Below are positions 25,958-34,980 of a stretch of 64,000 nt of DNA, in pieces; the first letter of the stretch is position 1; each line of letters begins with the position of its first letter. Source of the DNA: an uncultured Candidatus Saccharibacteria bacterium (GTDB lineage Bacteria > Patescibacteriota > Minisyncoccia > Phycocordibacterales > JAKFXT01); the NCBI GenBank assembly GCA_964385825.1, contig CAYLPX010000001.1, positions 271,959-335,958 of the forward strand, read 5' to 3'. Under the pieces are notes generated by a model. It was not told where the DNA came from, searched no databases, and was given only the letters and a program-made list of their open reading frames with translations. A program made the position numbers and the translations under genes.

Positions 25958-28357
25958 TTAATTCGCCTCAACGTTAGCTGAAGTCGGCTTTTTCTTCTCT
26001 GAAACTGGGGGTGTCTTACGCTTCTCTGGCTTACTATCAAGTGGTGGTGTTACATCAGCAAATGGAGACTTACCTATCTTGAGGTTCCCAAGGATGAAAT
26101 CCACTTCCTTGTTATCAGGGTTGCTGTTCTTTAGATCCTGGAACAGAGCAGTGGCATCTGACAATTTACCTAAACGGTAGTATGTAAGTCCCAAGAAGTA
26201 TTTGGCATTCGCATACGTTGGCTCAAGTTGGATAGCTCGCTCAAGTCCCTTAGCGGCATTACTATAATCAGCCTGATTGTAGTAAAGGAGTCCAAGCTGG
26301 AAGAAGAGTACTGGGTTTGTTGGAGAAATAAGGGCTCCTGCAGTAACAGCCTCTATCGCCTTCCTAGTATTACCCTCACCCACTTCTATTTGTGTAAGAA
26401 GAAAGATAGCATCGGTGTAATTATTCTTAAGGTTAATAGCTTCACCAATGTACTCACGCGCTTTCTCATTATTACCAGCAGCTACTTCAAGCTGTGCTTC
26501 CTGCAAACGAAGTGCTGGGGATGTTGGGTTAAGTTCTACCGCCTTCTTGTAAGTTTCGCGAGCCTGATCAGCAACTCCCTGAATCTTAAGTGGCACCACT
26601 GCTGCAAATGTCTGAGCCAATGTCTGGTAGTTAAGATAATTCTCAGGGTTCAGTTTTACTGCAGCCTGTCCGCTCGCAACTGCTCCAGTAAGGTAACTCT
26701 GGAAAGCATTACGCGCCTCCTCTTCTTTCCCAGTTTCTGGTTGCGTGTTAGCAATCATATTAAGCCGAGCAAGGAAAATGTTGGAAAGTGTACGATAGAA
26801 AGCATCGTTCTCCTCTATGGTAAGTGCACGCTTTACTCCATTCTCTACACCAAGTAGATCGTTATTCTTCTGGTATGTAATTAGTGCATTATTGAAGGTG
26901 TAGAAGGCTACGAAACGCTCTACTGATATGTACACGCAAGTTGCAAAAGCAATGATAAGCACAATCGTTACCAAGCTTCCTACGAAACTTTTACCAGGAT
27001 GATTAGAGAAAGTGAAAGTTTTCTGTGGAATAGTATGCTCAAGCGCCAAAGTAGAGATGAAGATCCCCGTAAAGAGGTACGCCAGAGCATACATGGCATG
27101 GGACGGCGTGTAGAAAATAGCTGTTAACCAGAAATAGATTGATCCCACAAAAGATGAGAAAGCGAGATAGTGAGCAAATGCATCACCATGAAGCTTTAAT
27201 ACACCTTTAAGACCCTCGTACGCGAAGAGAGCAAAGAATAGAAGCCACGCAAAGAGTCCAAGTCCACCGAGTGTGACTAGAACACTTGGAATAGTTCCAA
27301 CACCTGAAGTGAAATCAAGTGACCAGAATACTGACTCATTAACCTCTGCTGGCTTTTGCTTAAGCCACTCGGTAACAAACATATTAGGACCAACACCGAC
27401 AAATGGGTGTGCCTTCATGGTACGAACACCGAGAGAAAGTGTTGTTGCCCAGGATGGACGAGCTTCTAGCTGCGAAACCCCCAATTTGTTAGAAATACTA
27501 TTACCAAGTGAATTTCCCCAGAAAATGAAAAGTATAGAGATAAACAGTACTACAATCGGCGCCCAAGAAACCTGACTTGCCCTTGTTGCGAGTTTTTCAT
27601 GCCCACCATGGTGCCGTGCGTAGGAAAGTGAATAAAGGAAGAAAGCTAATGAGAAGAAACCAATGATGTACCAGAGTGTGGTGAAATTAACTATTGCAAG
27701 GAATACAACACCAAGCACAAGCCCTATCCGAAGTACAAGACGCCAGAAGCCCTTAGACTCAAGCACACCGAGAGAAATCATCGAAAGTATCGTGACAAAG
27801 CCAGCAAAGAATCCAAGATCAGTCCAAGATCCAACAAGGTTAGCGGTTGAACCACTAAATATACCGAAGGAAAGAGCGCTCGGAGCAAGAAAGCGCACTA
27901 TATTGTAGAGCACTGCCACGAAGAATGAGAAGAGTAGTGCAATATAGATGTTGAAGAGTGAGGTTTTAGAGCGGAAGGCTACTGGAACCAAAAGAGTGAG
28001 AAGAAAAGCTACCAACATGAAAAAAGCTGTATCGAGCTCAAATCCTTGACCGAGAAGCGAAACAACCTGATGCATACTTGAAAAACCACTCACTATATAG
28101 ACCACTAACACTACAAAGAGACCAAGAAGTGTGTAGCTCTTAGGAATGGTTATACTTCCCTCTTTAAGTACTCCAAAAAGATACAGAATGGTTAGAGCAA
28201 ATACAGCAACAAAAAGGAAGAAGCCCTTGCCGAAAGCAAACGGGAGCGCCGCAACCGGTACGAAAAATATTGGTAATAGAAACGCTAACGCTATAAATAA
28301 TTTATTCCCCCATCGCAAAAACAAGTTCTGCTTCTTTTCTTCCATTGCTCCTTCCAT
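25958..28357 (-). CDS. Polytopic membrane protein (O-antigen ligase/Wzy-like) fused to C-terminal TPR repeats
   Basis: >12 TM helices at the N-terminus, then a C-terminal ~300 aa with several TPR-like repeats (YYNQADYSNAAKGLERAIQLEP...). Confidence 0.55.
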   Translation of the reverse strand: MEGAMEEKKQNLFLRWGNKLFIALAFLLPIFFVPVAALPFAFGKGFFLFVAVFALTILYLFGVLKEGSITIPKSYTLLGLFVVLVVYIVSGFSSMHQVVSLLGQGFELDTAFFMLVAFLLTLLVPVAFRSKTSLFNIYIALLFSFFVAVLYNIVRFLAPSALSFGIFSGSTANLVGSWTDLGFFAGFVTILSMISLGVLESKGFWRLVLRIGLVLGVVFLAIVNFTTLWYIIGFFSLAFFLYSLSYARHHGGHEKLATRASQVSWAPIVVLFISILFIFWGNSLGNSISNKLGVSQLEARPSWATTLSLGVRTMKAHPFVGVGPNMFVTEWLKQKPAEVNESVFWSLDFTSGVGTIPSVLVTLGGLGLFAWLLFFALFAYEGLKGVLKLHGDAFAHYLAFSSFVGSIYFWLTAIFYTPSHAMYALAYLFTGIFISTLALEHTIPQKTFTFSNHPGKSFVGSLVTIVLIIAFATCVYISVERFVAFYTFNNALITYQKNNDLLGVENGVKRALTIEENDAFYRTLSNIFLARLNMIANTQPETGKEEEARNAFQSYLTGAVASGQAAVKLNPENYLNYQTLAQTFAAVVPLKIQGVADQARETYKKAVELNPTSPALRLQEAQLEVAAGNNEKAREYIGEAINLKNNYTDAIFLLTQIEVGEGNTRKAIEAVTAGALISPTNPVLFFQLGLLYYNQADYSNAAKGLERAIQLEPTYANAKYFLGLTYYRLGKLSDATALFQDLKNSNPDNKEVDFILGNLKIGKSPFADVTPPLDSKPEKRKTPPVSEKKKPTSANVEAN

Positions 28358-28453
28358 AGGTTTTTGGTATTGCTACTTTGTAATTAGCCATAAGTATAGC
28401 AAGAGAGTGCTTAATGCAAAGAGGAAAAGTGGGCTTCTACAGAGCCACTTTAT

Positions 28454-28463
28454 GTGCTATAAT
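28454..28463 (+). promoter_or_regulatory. Extended -10 (TGcTATAAT) for rnpB
   Basis: tgctataat 7 nt upstream of the predicted P1 5' end. Confidence 0.5.
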
Positions 28464-28468
28464 ATAAA

Positions 28469-28822
28469 GGTTCTTGTTGGATAACCGCGCTTAGCCCTTT
28501 TGGGGCTTAGTGAGGAAAGTCCGGGCATAGCTAGGCTTTAGCCTAGAGCACGGTAGCGGGTAACCCCCGTCTGTGGCAACACAAGAGGTGCGAACAGTGA
28601 CGCTGATGTCGAAAGGCTAGGTTCCCTCTTATTTAGTTAAGGGAAAATCTTGTTGAAAAACAAGGGTGCAACGGCAAAATCCTTACCACTATGCAAGGCC
28701 GTGCTCTGGGGCAACCCAGAGAGTGCCGCTTGAGCCCATCAGCAATGGTGGGCCTAGATAAATGGTTATCGTTTTGTTTCGCAAGAAATGAAATACAGAA
28801 CCCGGCTTATAGGCAGGAACAC
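28469..28822 (+). ncRNA. rnpB: RNase P RNA (bacterial type A)
   Basis: P4 halves GAGGAAAGTCCGGGC and ACAGAACCCGGCTTA; GCTTGAGCC...GGGCCTAGATAAATGG matches the E. coli P15-P18 region; P1 pairs ggttcttg with caggaac. Confidence 0.85.
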
Positions 28823-28830
28823 AACAATGG

Positions 28831-28860
28831 AAAGGCCGCGCGCAAGCGCGGCCTTTTCTT
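28831..28860 (+). terminator. Intrinsic terminator after rnpB (ggccgcgc-GCAA-gcgcggcc plus T-tract)
   Basis: Perfect stem with a GNRA loop. Confidence 0.8.
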
Positions 28861-28892
28861 ATTCCAGTGTTTTGGAACAAGTAAAAGAACAA

Positions 28893-29183
28893 TTACACCC
28901 CCTCCTTAGGGCGATTGTGATTCATCAAATCTTCAAGGCTGAATACACCAGCCATAAGAAGGAACATTTGCACTGACGCCAAGTGGCGATTGGCTTTTCC
29001 CCATTTCCCTTCCTGCAGAGCGAGTTCCTTAATACCTGGAAGCAAGTATTTGGCGTGTGCGATCAGTTCCTTGATAGCAAACGGTCCAGGTTTATTGGTA
29101 TCAAGACGAGCGGGGGGAGTGGGAAAAATAGTGAGTATAGCCTCGTAGCTCTTAACAACTTCGAGTACTGATGCGGGGGTCAT
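28893..29183 (-). CDS. Hypothetical protein
   Basis: 96-aa ORF with host-like composition. Confidence 0.35.
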   Translation of the reverse strand: MTPASVLEVVKSYEAILTIFPTPPARLDTNKPGPFAIKELIAHAKYLLPGIKELALQEGKWGKANRHLASVQMFLLMAGVFSLEDLMNHNRPKEGV

Positions 29184-29310
29184 AGCGACACCTCCATGGA
29201 GTTGAAATAACCATATCAGTATAACAAAAAATCTTTTTCAAAAAAACACTTGCGCAAATCCCCAGTAGTGCTATGGTTTCTCTATATCAACCCTCCCTAG
29301 GGAGTTCTTC

Positions 29311-29670
29311 ATGTACAAAGCTATCATTCGCCGGCGCGGGAGTAATGAACTTGCCACTGTCCCTGCTGATTCGCCCAGCCTCCGCTGCGCCTTCATCATG
29401 CACGAGGATAAGACCTGGTCCCCCGCGACCAACCTTCGACTCCGAATCCCCGTCAACCAGCACAAGGAAGTTGATCTTGGCAACGAATCGGGAGAAGCGG
29501 TTGAGGTCCTCCTGATCTACAACAGTGCGACAAACGAAGGTGAGCAGTCCATGATTTGCTTCGCCCAAAACTTCGGCCGGAGAGAGATTGAGGTCCGGGA
29601 GACTCTCAAGGGACTCGCGGCCAGAAACAGGACTCCCCCACTCGTCACTGCTCACGGCTGGCCCCAGTAG
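29311..29670 (+). CDS. Hypothetical protein, GC-rich mini-island E
   Basis: GC3 about 70% in this frame; AGGGAG ribosome-binding site; terminator at 29685-29715; the antisense ORF is rejected. Confidence 0.5.
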   Translation: MYKAIIRRRGSNELATVPADSPSLRCAFIMHEDKTWSPATNLRLRIPVNQHKEVDLGNESGEAVEVLLIYNSATNEGEQSMICFAQNFGRREIEVRETLKGLAARNRTPPLVTAHGWPQ

Positions 29671-29684
29671 GGCTTCTGTGAGCA

Positions 29685-29715
29685 CAAAAAACCGCCGGTC
29701 CCCCGGCGGTTTTTC
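29685..29715 (+). terminator. Intrinsic terminator (accgccgg-TCCC-ccggcggt plus T-tract)
   Basis: aaaaaaccgccggtcccccggcggtttttc. Confidence 0.8.
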
Positions 29716-29889
29716 AATTTCTTATAGCTAAAATGTAGACAAATTTTATTTTAGTATCCTAACATTGTGGGTAGTTGTGGATAAAAGGGTGTATTAATGC
29801 TTATATGGCTTATAATGAACCAAGTAAGCATAAGCGCATGCAATGCTTGCGGATAAAAAGCCACAGTTGATATTTGAGAGACAAAATCG

Positions 29890-29972
29890 TACCGGTGACG
29901 GGATTTGAACCCGCAATCCAGCCAGGAGCTAGTTCCGTAAACTAGTGCGTATACCAATTTCGCCACACCGGC
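29890..29972 (-). tRNA. Class II (long variable arm) tRNA, Leu-like body; anticodon reads ACG in my manual fold; identity uncertain
   Basis: Acceptor GCCGGTG/CACCGGT (G1-U72), D arm GCG-AAATTGGTATA-CGC, anticodon stem CTAGT/ACTAG with loop TTACGGA, 14-nt variable arm, T arm GCGGG-TTCAAAT-CCCGT, discriminator A. Confidence 0.6.
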
Positions 29973-30075
29973 ATGATTTTGCCTCCCAATTGTTCGTTGT
30001 GGCTTTTTATATTCTTTATTCTTTTGTCAAAACCCCAAACTGCTGCAGTTTGGGGTTTACTCTTTATTCTATGTC

Positions 30076-32409
30076 CTACTGCACTTCACACGTTCCTCCA
30101 ACACAGGCGAGCTCTTTGGCTCCTTCAGTCTGATCTACCATTTCGTAGAGCACAATTTTGGAGAAATCAATGTCAGGAATCTTTTGAGTTAATTCGTCAT
30201 AGCGCTTCTTATCTATATCTTCATACGGCGCCAATTTGTATACATGGTCACTGCGTGGCAAGAACGAAAGTCCCCCTACAATATCCCAGTTCTTGTATAC
30301 CCAGTGTCCCACTTCAATCCATTCATCATTACCGACTGAAATAGTTACCGATGGGTTATGATCAGTGAAATTCACTTTCACTTTCTTCCAGTACTCAAGT
30401 TGCTCTATGGCAGTAAGGTCGTTACGGAATGTTTTAGCAGAAGTTGGTGCCTTCATGGGAAACTCAAGTACGAATGTATTAGCAGTATCCATGGTCTGCC
30501 CTACTTCTGGGTGGAATGGAACACCCTGATCCTTCATAAGCTGGAAGAGTGGATCGTTAGCTGAAATACGCACGCGACGTATGTAGTACTCAGAGTGTCG
30601 AGGGTGCATACCGGACGAGGCATCCACAAGCTGTGAGACTGTGCCAGAAGGCTTAACACAAGTTACAGAGGTTGATTGGTTAATCTTCAACTTCTTAGCA
30701 TATTCCTTGTTTGTCTCAATAGCTTCCTCGCGAAGTTTAGCAAGCACCTTATCCTGACGAACTACCTCACTATCCCACTGACCAGTGAGTGACACTCCAA
30801 GTAGGCGCTCTTCATCACAGTTTTCCTTCCACTCCTTAGAAAGGTAGTTAAAGTTAGTGAGTGTAGACTGGTACGTTCCAAGCATTGAAGCCAAGCGGAC
30901 CTTACGCATAAGTGTCTTTTCGGTATCATCCGCACGACACACCACCTCAGTTAAGTTACAGAACTGTTTGGAGCGCAGAACAATTTCTCCACAGGGGTTA
31001 GTACCCACCTTGCGACGATCTTCTTCGCTCATTTTCTTATAGCGACGCTCTGGTATCTGGGATGGAAGTGATCCACGATTAAATATGCCACGCTCACCGG
31101 ATCCACTCTTGGCAAGTGAGAGCCATTCTTCCATAAAATCAGTCGCCGTTGGCTTCTCAAGGTAGGCTGCCGAGTTATTAGAGAGGGAGCGCTGTGGCTC
31201 TAGTACATAAAACTGTCCATCCTTAGCATGACGGATTTCGTTATCATCCAAATCAGAAAGTGAAATGAGAGCTGTACGACGTACTCCTCCTGCTACCACG
31301 ATCTCACCGATCTTGCAGATAATGTCATGGATATCAATGTTGCGTAGACGCTTACCCTGCTTACTTAGGATTTTACTCTTGGCGAAATCCATAAGCTGCA
31401 TAAGCGGCTCAGGACCTGAAGCGCGACCCCCCATAGTATTAAGACGTGCTCCATTAGGACGAACTTTTGAGTAATCAAAGTCTATATCTTTACCATCAAA
31501 CCATGTTTCAAGACCAACGGTGAGTGCCTCACACCAACCATCTTTTGAATCGCCCACAACATGCGTTTTCAGCATTTTGCCACTCTGACGTTTTACAATC
31601 GGGAACTGCTGGGCTGTTTCTGACTCAACAGAGAAACCTACCCCGCAACCACTCATAGAGAGGTACATAATTTCTGAAATGTCGCGAGGAGTACTTGGTG
31701 CAATATATGAACAGTTGTATCCTGTAGCGTTATTACTTCGTGCAGCCTTTCCTGCTGACCACATAAGGCGCATAGAAGGCATAACTTCCATTTTAAGCAC
31801 CGCTTCCTTCATTTCCGCGTAATCTTTTTCAGAATACTTATCACCAATATTTTCGCGCATGAAGGTAAAGTAACGGTCTACCGCCTCAACCCATGTCTCA
31901 CGACGTCCCTCTGCGTCATTAAAACGAGAGTATGAACGGAAGAAAATAAATTCTGAATACTGACTTTGAAAATACTGACGACTCTCATCGGTGAGGGTCT
32001 TTACCTTTTCTGGAACCTTGAATCCCATCTTGCGTTGCTCAGAACGCTTCTCACGATAGAGAATATACCCCTTCGCAGTTTGTACGTACTCACTCAAAAT
32101 AAGTTCCTTTTCAACAGAATCCTGTACACCCTCAACAGTCGGTAGGAAATTCTTATACTTTTTAGTGATACGCACCAAATCTGCCAAAACCTTATTCCCT
32201 ACCATTTCTGCTTCCTCAAGTGAACCCTCATTGTTGGCCGCCATCGCCTTGTGGATAGCGTTCACAATCTTTTCCATATCAAAGGGCACGAGTGTGCCAT
32301 CACGCTTTTGAATCTGCTTCACAAAGGGATTGGTTTTCACCTGCTTTTCAGGAACAACTACTGCTACTTTTGAGATTTTCTCTCCCTTTGTTGTTTTGGC
32401 GGAACTCAT
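30076..32409 (-). CDS. nrdJ: Adenosylcobalamin-dependent (class II) ribonucleotide reductase with N-terminal ATP-cone
   Basis: ATP-cone (KRDGTLVPFDMEKIVNAIHKA); class II core with an NPCGEI active-site region; 777 aa. Confidence 0.85.
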   Translation of the reverse strand: MSSAKTTKGEKISKVAVVVPEKQVKTNPFVKQIQKRDGTLVPFDMEKIVNAIHKAMAANNEGSLEEAEMVGNKVLADLVRITKKYKNFLPTVEGVQDSVEKELILSEYVQTAKGYILYREKRSEQRKMGFKVPEKVKTLTDESRQYFQSQYSEFIFFRSYSRFNDAEGRRETWVEAVDRYFTFMRENIGDKYSEKDYAEMKEAVLKMEVMPSMRLMWSAGKAARSNNATGYNCSYIAPSTPRDISEIMYLSMSGCGVGFSVESETAQQFPIVKRQSGKMLKTHVVGDSKDGWCEALTVGLETWFDGKDIDFDYSKVRPNGARLNTMGGRASGPEPLMQLMDFAKSKILSKQGKRLRNIDIHDIICKIGEIVVAGGVRRTALISLSDLDDNEIRHAKDGQFYVLEPQRSLSNNSAAYLEKPTATDFMEEWLSLAKSGSGERGIFNRGSLPSQIPERRYKKMSEEDRRKVGTNPCGEIVLRSKQFCNLTEVVCRADDTEKTLMRKVRLASMLGTYQSTLTNFNYLSKEWKENCDEERLLGVSLTGQWDSEVVRQDKVLAKLREEAIETNKEYAKKLKINQSTSVTCVKPSGTVSQLVDASSGMHPRHSEYYIRRVRISANDPLFQLMKDQGVPFHPEVGQTMDTANTFVLEFPMKAPTSAKTFRNDLTAIEQLEYWKKVKVNFTDHNPSVTISVGNDEWIEVGHWVYKNWDIVGGLSFLPRSDHVYKLAPYEDIDKKRYDELTQKIPDIDFSKIVLYEMVDQTEGAKELACVGGTCEVQ

Positions 32410-32538
32410 AATGAACTATGTGATATAGACTACGTTAATAAAGACTACCGACTAAAATATCATTGAAAATTAAGGCTTTCTCGTCTCCCAATTTCGTAAT
32501 TGGACTCTTATTGTACCTCTCGTTTGGCGGCAAAAAGA

Positions 32539-32689
32539 GTGGATAACTTGGTCTTTTGTAATTAGAAAATGGTAGATGATTAGTGTAAAGACCGGTGGGA
32601 AATGAGCCACTAAAATCAAGCTAAAATTGACCTAAAAAATAACTTTTTGCTAATAAAAAGAAAAAAAATAATGCAAGTGGATAACTTCT
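32539..32689 (-). promoter_or_regulatory. Two DnaA-box-like 9-mers (TTATCCACT) 138 bp apart in the ~370-nt nrdJ leader
   Basis: The minus-strand leader contains aagTTATCCACTtgc and aagTTATCCACTctt, an 8/9 match to TTATCCACA. Confidence 0.35.
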
Positions 32690-32780
32690 AAACCTAGAAT
32701 ACCTAACTTATAACGTAATAATGCAAAAGCCGGCCAAAGAGTCCTCTCACATCTGTATTTAATATACAAAAAATGATTTT

Positions 32781-33500
32781 CTATCCCACTAGTGGTACTT
32801 CTAGCACTAAAATATCGCTCCCCTCCTCCACTTCTAGTTTTACCTCGCTTGTATCACTTACCCCTGCTGCGTCTCTTTTTGAAAGTGTGTATGTTTCATC
32901 TATTTTTGCTGCGCCCTCTATCACTATGATGTACACCCCTGTATTTTTTCCTTGAATTTTGTATGTTATGTTTTGCTTTTGACTAAACTTACCCCGCGAG
33001 AGATATGCATCTTGAAATATCTGAATGCCACTATCACTTTTCTCCCTGCTTACAAACGTAAATAAATTATTTTCAAACAATTTCTCATCAATATGCTTTT
33101 CTTCATAACGTGGGGGGAGTCCCCACTCCCTTGGTGTAATCCAAATTTGAAAAAGTTCTACAGGTTCCTCGTGGTCATTCCATTCTGCATGAGTAATACC
33201 CGTCCCTGCAGACATTATCTGCACCATAGAGCTGTCTATTGAAGATGTATTACCAATATTATCTTTATGTGTCAGTTTTCCACTGAAAGGAATAGTGATA
33301 ATCTCCATATCCCTGTGTGAATGTGCGCCAAAACCAGACTTTGGGGCGATAGTATCGTCGTTAAGCACTCGAAGCGCGCCGAAACCAAGCCGCTTTGGGT
33401 CATAATGCTCCGCGAAAGAGAATGAATGGTAACTTTCGAGCCAATCAATCTTTGTCTTAAACCTTTGATCAGCTCTCTCTAGTAGGTACTTCCCCGCCAT
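32781..33500 (-). CDS. Pirin-family cupin protein
   Basis: Bicupin length; HSHRDMEI metal-site motif; C-terminal second cupin. Confidence 0.75.
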   Translation of the reverse strand: MAGKYLLERADQRFKTKIDWLESYHSFSFAEHYDPKRLGFGALRVLNDDTIAPKSGFGAHSHRDMEIITIPFSGKLTHKDNIGNTSSIDSSMVQIMSAGTGITHAEWNDHEEPVELFQIWITPREWGLPPRYEEKHIDEKLFENNLFTFVSREKSDSGIQIFQDAYLSRGKFSQKQNITYKIQGKNTGVYIIVIEGAAKIDETYTLSKRDAAGVSDTSEVKLEVEEGSDILVLEVPLVG

Positions 33501-33913
33501 TATGCAAAAAACTTAACAAGAGACATAGTAATAACACTGGTTGTACCACAAAGAAATCCACCCCAAAGTATATCTACTGTTGCTAATTTCCATGGCCAAG
33601 AAGTCAAAGTTGCCATATTAGTGAAATCATAAATACCATAACTAAGTATCCCAAAAAGTCCCCCTATGAGAAATGTATAAAGAAGTGACATACCCTCCAC
33701 CTTTGGAAAGACAAAAACCATAAGCCCCACAAGGAGAAGTACATACACGAGTCCCGCTGGTAGAAGTTTAATATCAAAAGCACCAGAGGCAGTCAGCCTC
33801 GCGAGACTCCCCATCTGCGTTTTATAAAAATTAGTAGCCACGAACGAAAGCCAGACGAAATCCAAGAGAAGCATACTTCCCGCTGCGAAAACAATTGTTT
33901 TGATGTATTCCAT
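33500..33913 (-). CDS. Small 4-TM membrane protein (DUF2177-like)
   Basis: 137 aa; hydrophobic profile and the MLLLDFVWL segment resemble DUF2177. Confidence 0.4.
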   Translation of the reverse strand: MEYIKTIVFAAGSMLLLDFVWLSFVATNFYKTQMGSLARLTASGAFDIKLLPAGLVYVLLLVGLMVFVFPKVEGMSLLYTFLIGGLFGILSYGIYDFTNMATLTSWPWKLATVDILWGGFLCGTTSVITMSLVKFFA

Positions 33914-33929
33914 ATAAAGTAAGTATATC

Positions 33930-34202
33930 TTATTTTTTATCCATCCAATTCCACCATTTCAATTTCTTGGGATCATGCTTTTTATGTTCTGCGAAGTAGA
34001 CGGCACAGCGGAATACATAAAGAAGGCATCTATCCTGCACTTTCCCCTCAAACTTATTTGACTTAGCGTATAATTTTTCCGGATTTTCTCCCTTAAGGCA
34101 GGAAACTCGTTTAATACCAATATTCCGTAAATCTGCAGCTATACTCTTCCCCACCCCGGGAATACTTTCAAGTGATCCTTCTTTAGGATTACCTTTTTTC
34201 AT
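33930..34202 (-). CDS. Helix-hairpin-helix domain protein (Cdd1-like)
   Basis: LESIPGVGKSIAADLRNIGI is an HhH motif. Confidence 0.5.
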   Translation of the reverse strand: MKKGNPKEGSLESIPGVGKSIAADLRNIGIKRVSCLKGENPEKLYAKSNKFEGKVQDRCLLYVFRCAVYFAEHKKHDPKKLKWWNWMDKK

Positions 34203-34205
34203 AAA

Positions 34206-34979
34206 TTATGGCCGAAGGCCCCTTCCGGTTTTAAAGAGCCACCATGCCACACCAGCAAGCAACAAATTAAATACACAAAGTATCGCAAAAGAAAGTGAGA
34301 CTGAAGTATCGCTCGTACCCAAGAATCCATACCGAAAACCGTTGATCATGTACAGTATGGGGTTGAAAAGCGAAACTACTTGCCAGAAATGTGGGAGCAC
34401 ACTGACCGAGTAGAACACACCGCCTAGGTAAGTAAGTGGGGTTAAAACGAATGTGGGGAAAATAGAAACGCTGTCAAAAGAGGTGCCGAATACTCCATTA
34501 ATAAGCCCAGCGAGCGAAAAGAGGGTTGAGGTTAAGAAAAAGAAAGCGAGAATAATGGGGAACGAGAAAATAGGAATATGGGTGAAGAACATAGCAAGGC
34601 CAATAATCACCGCACCAGTTATAAAAGCCCGCACTATTCCCCCACTAATAATACCAAGAATCAAAATAAGGTACGGAGTGGGCGACACCAAAATCTCCTC
34701 AATATGTTTCATAAACTTTGCTGAAAAGAAGGTAAATGCTGTATTCATGAAGGCATTGACGATAATTGACATCATGACAAGCCCCGGCACAATAAACTGC
34801 ATATAGGAGTGTCCATTGATAGGCGCTATCTGGCTACCAATAAACTTACCAAAAATGAGGAAGTAGAGGCCGGTGGTGATTGCGGGTGGCAAAAGTGTCT
34901 GAGTCCAAATACGAAAAAGGCGCACTACATCTTTGCGTACAATCGTATAGAAACTAGTCCACATTTGTGCAGCGTTCAT
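34206..34979 (-). CDS. ABC-2 type transporter permease
   Basis: 6 TM helices; ABC-2 family pattern; adjacent to an ABC ATPase. Confidence 0.8.
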   Translation of the reverse strand: MNAAQMWTSFYTIVRKDVVRLFRIWTQTLLPPAITTGLYFLIFGKFIGSQIAPINGHSYMQFIVPGLVMMSIIVNAFMNTAFTFFSAKFMKHIEEILVSPTPYLILILGIISGGIVRAFITGAVIIGLAMFFTHIPIFSFPIILAFFFLTSTLFSLAGLINGVFGTSFDSVSIFPTFVLTPLTYLGGVFYSVSVLPHFWQVVSLFNPILYMINGFRYGFLGTSDTSVSLSFAILCVFNLLLAGVAWWLFKTGRGLRP

Positions 34980-34980
34980 A

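Noticed and set aside
28689-28976. ORFs 28689-28892 (-), 28691-28909 (+), 28788-28976 (+)
   Set aside because: They overlap the RNase P RNA gene (clear P4 and 3'-terminal conserved motifs).
29287-29685. Minus-strand 132-aa ORF antisense to 29311-29670
   Set aside because: The plus frame has GC3 about 70%, an SD and a downstream terminator. The minus ORF is a GC-rich antisense artefact.
32410-32780. Possible cobalamin riboswitch or NrdR box in the nrdJ leader
   Set aside because: A GCCACT-like string occurs only on the non-transcribed strand. No B12-box or NrdR palindrome was found in the correct orientation.
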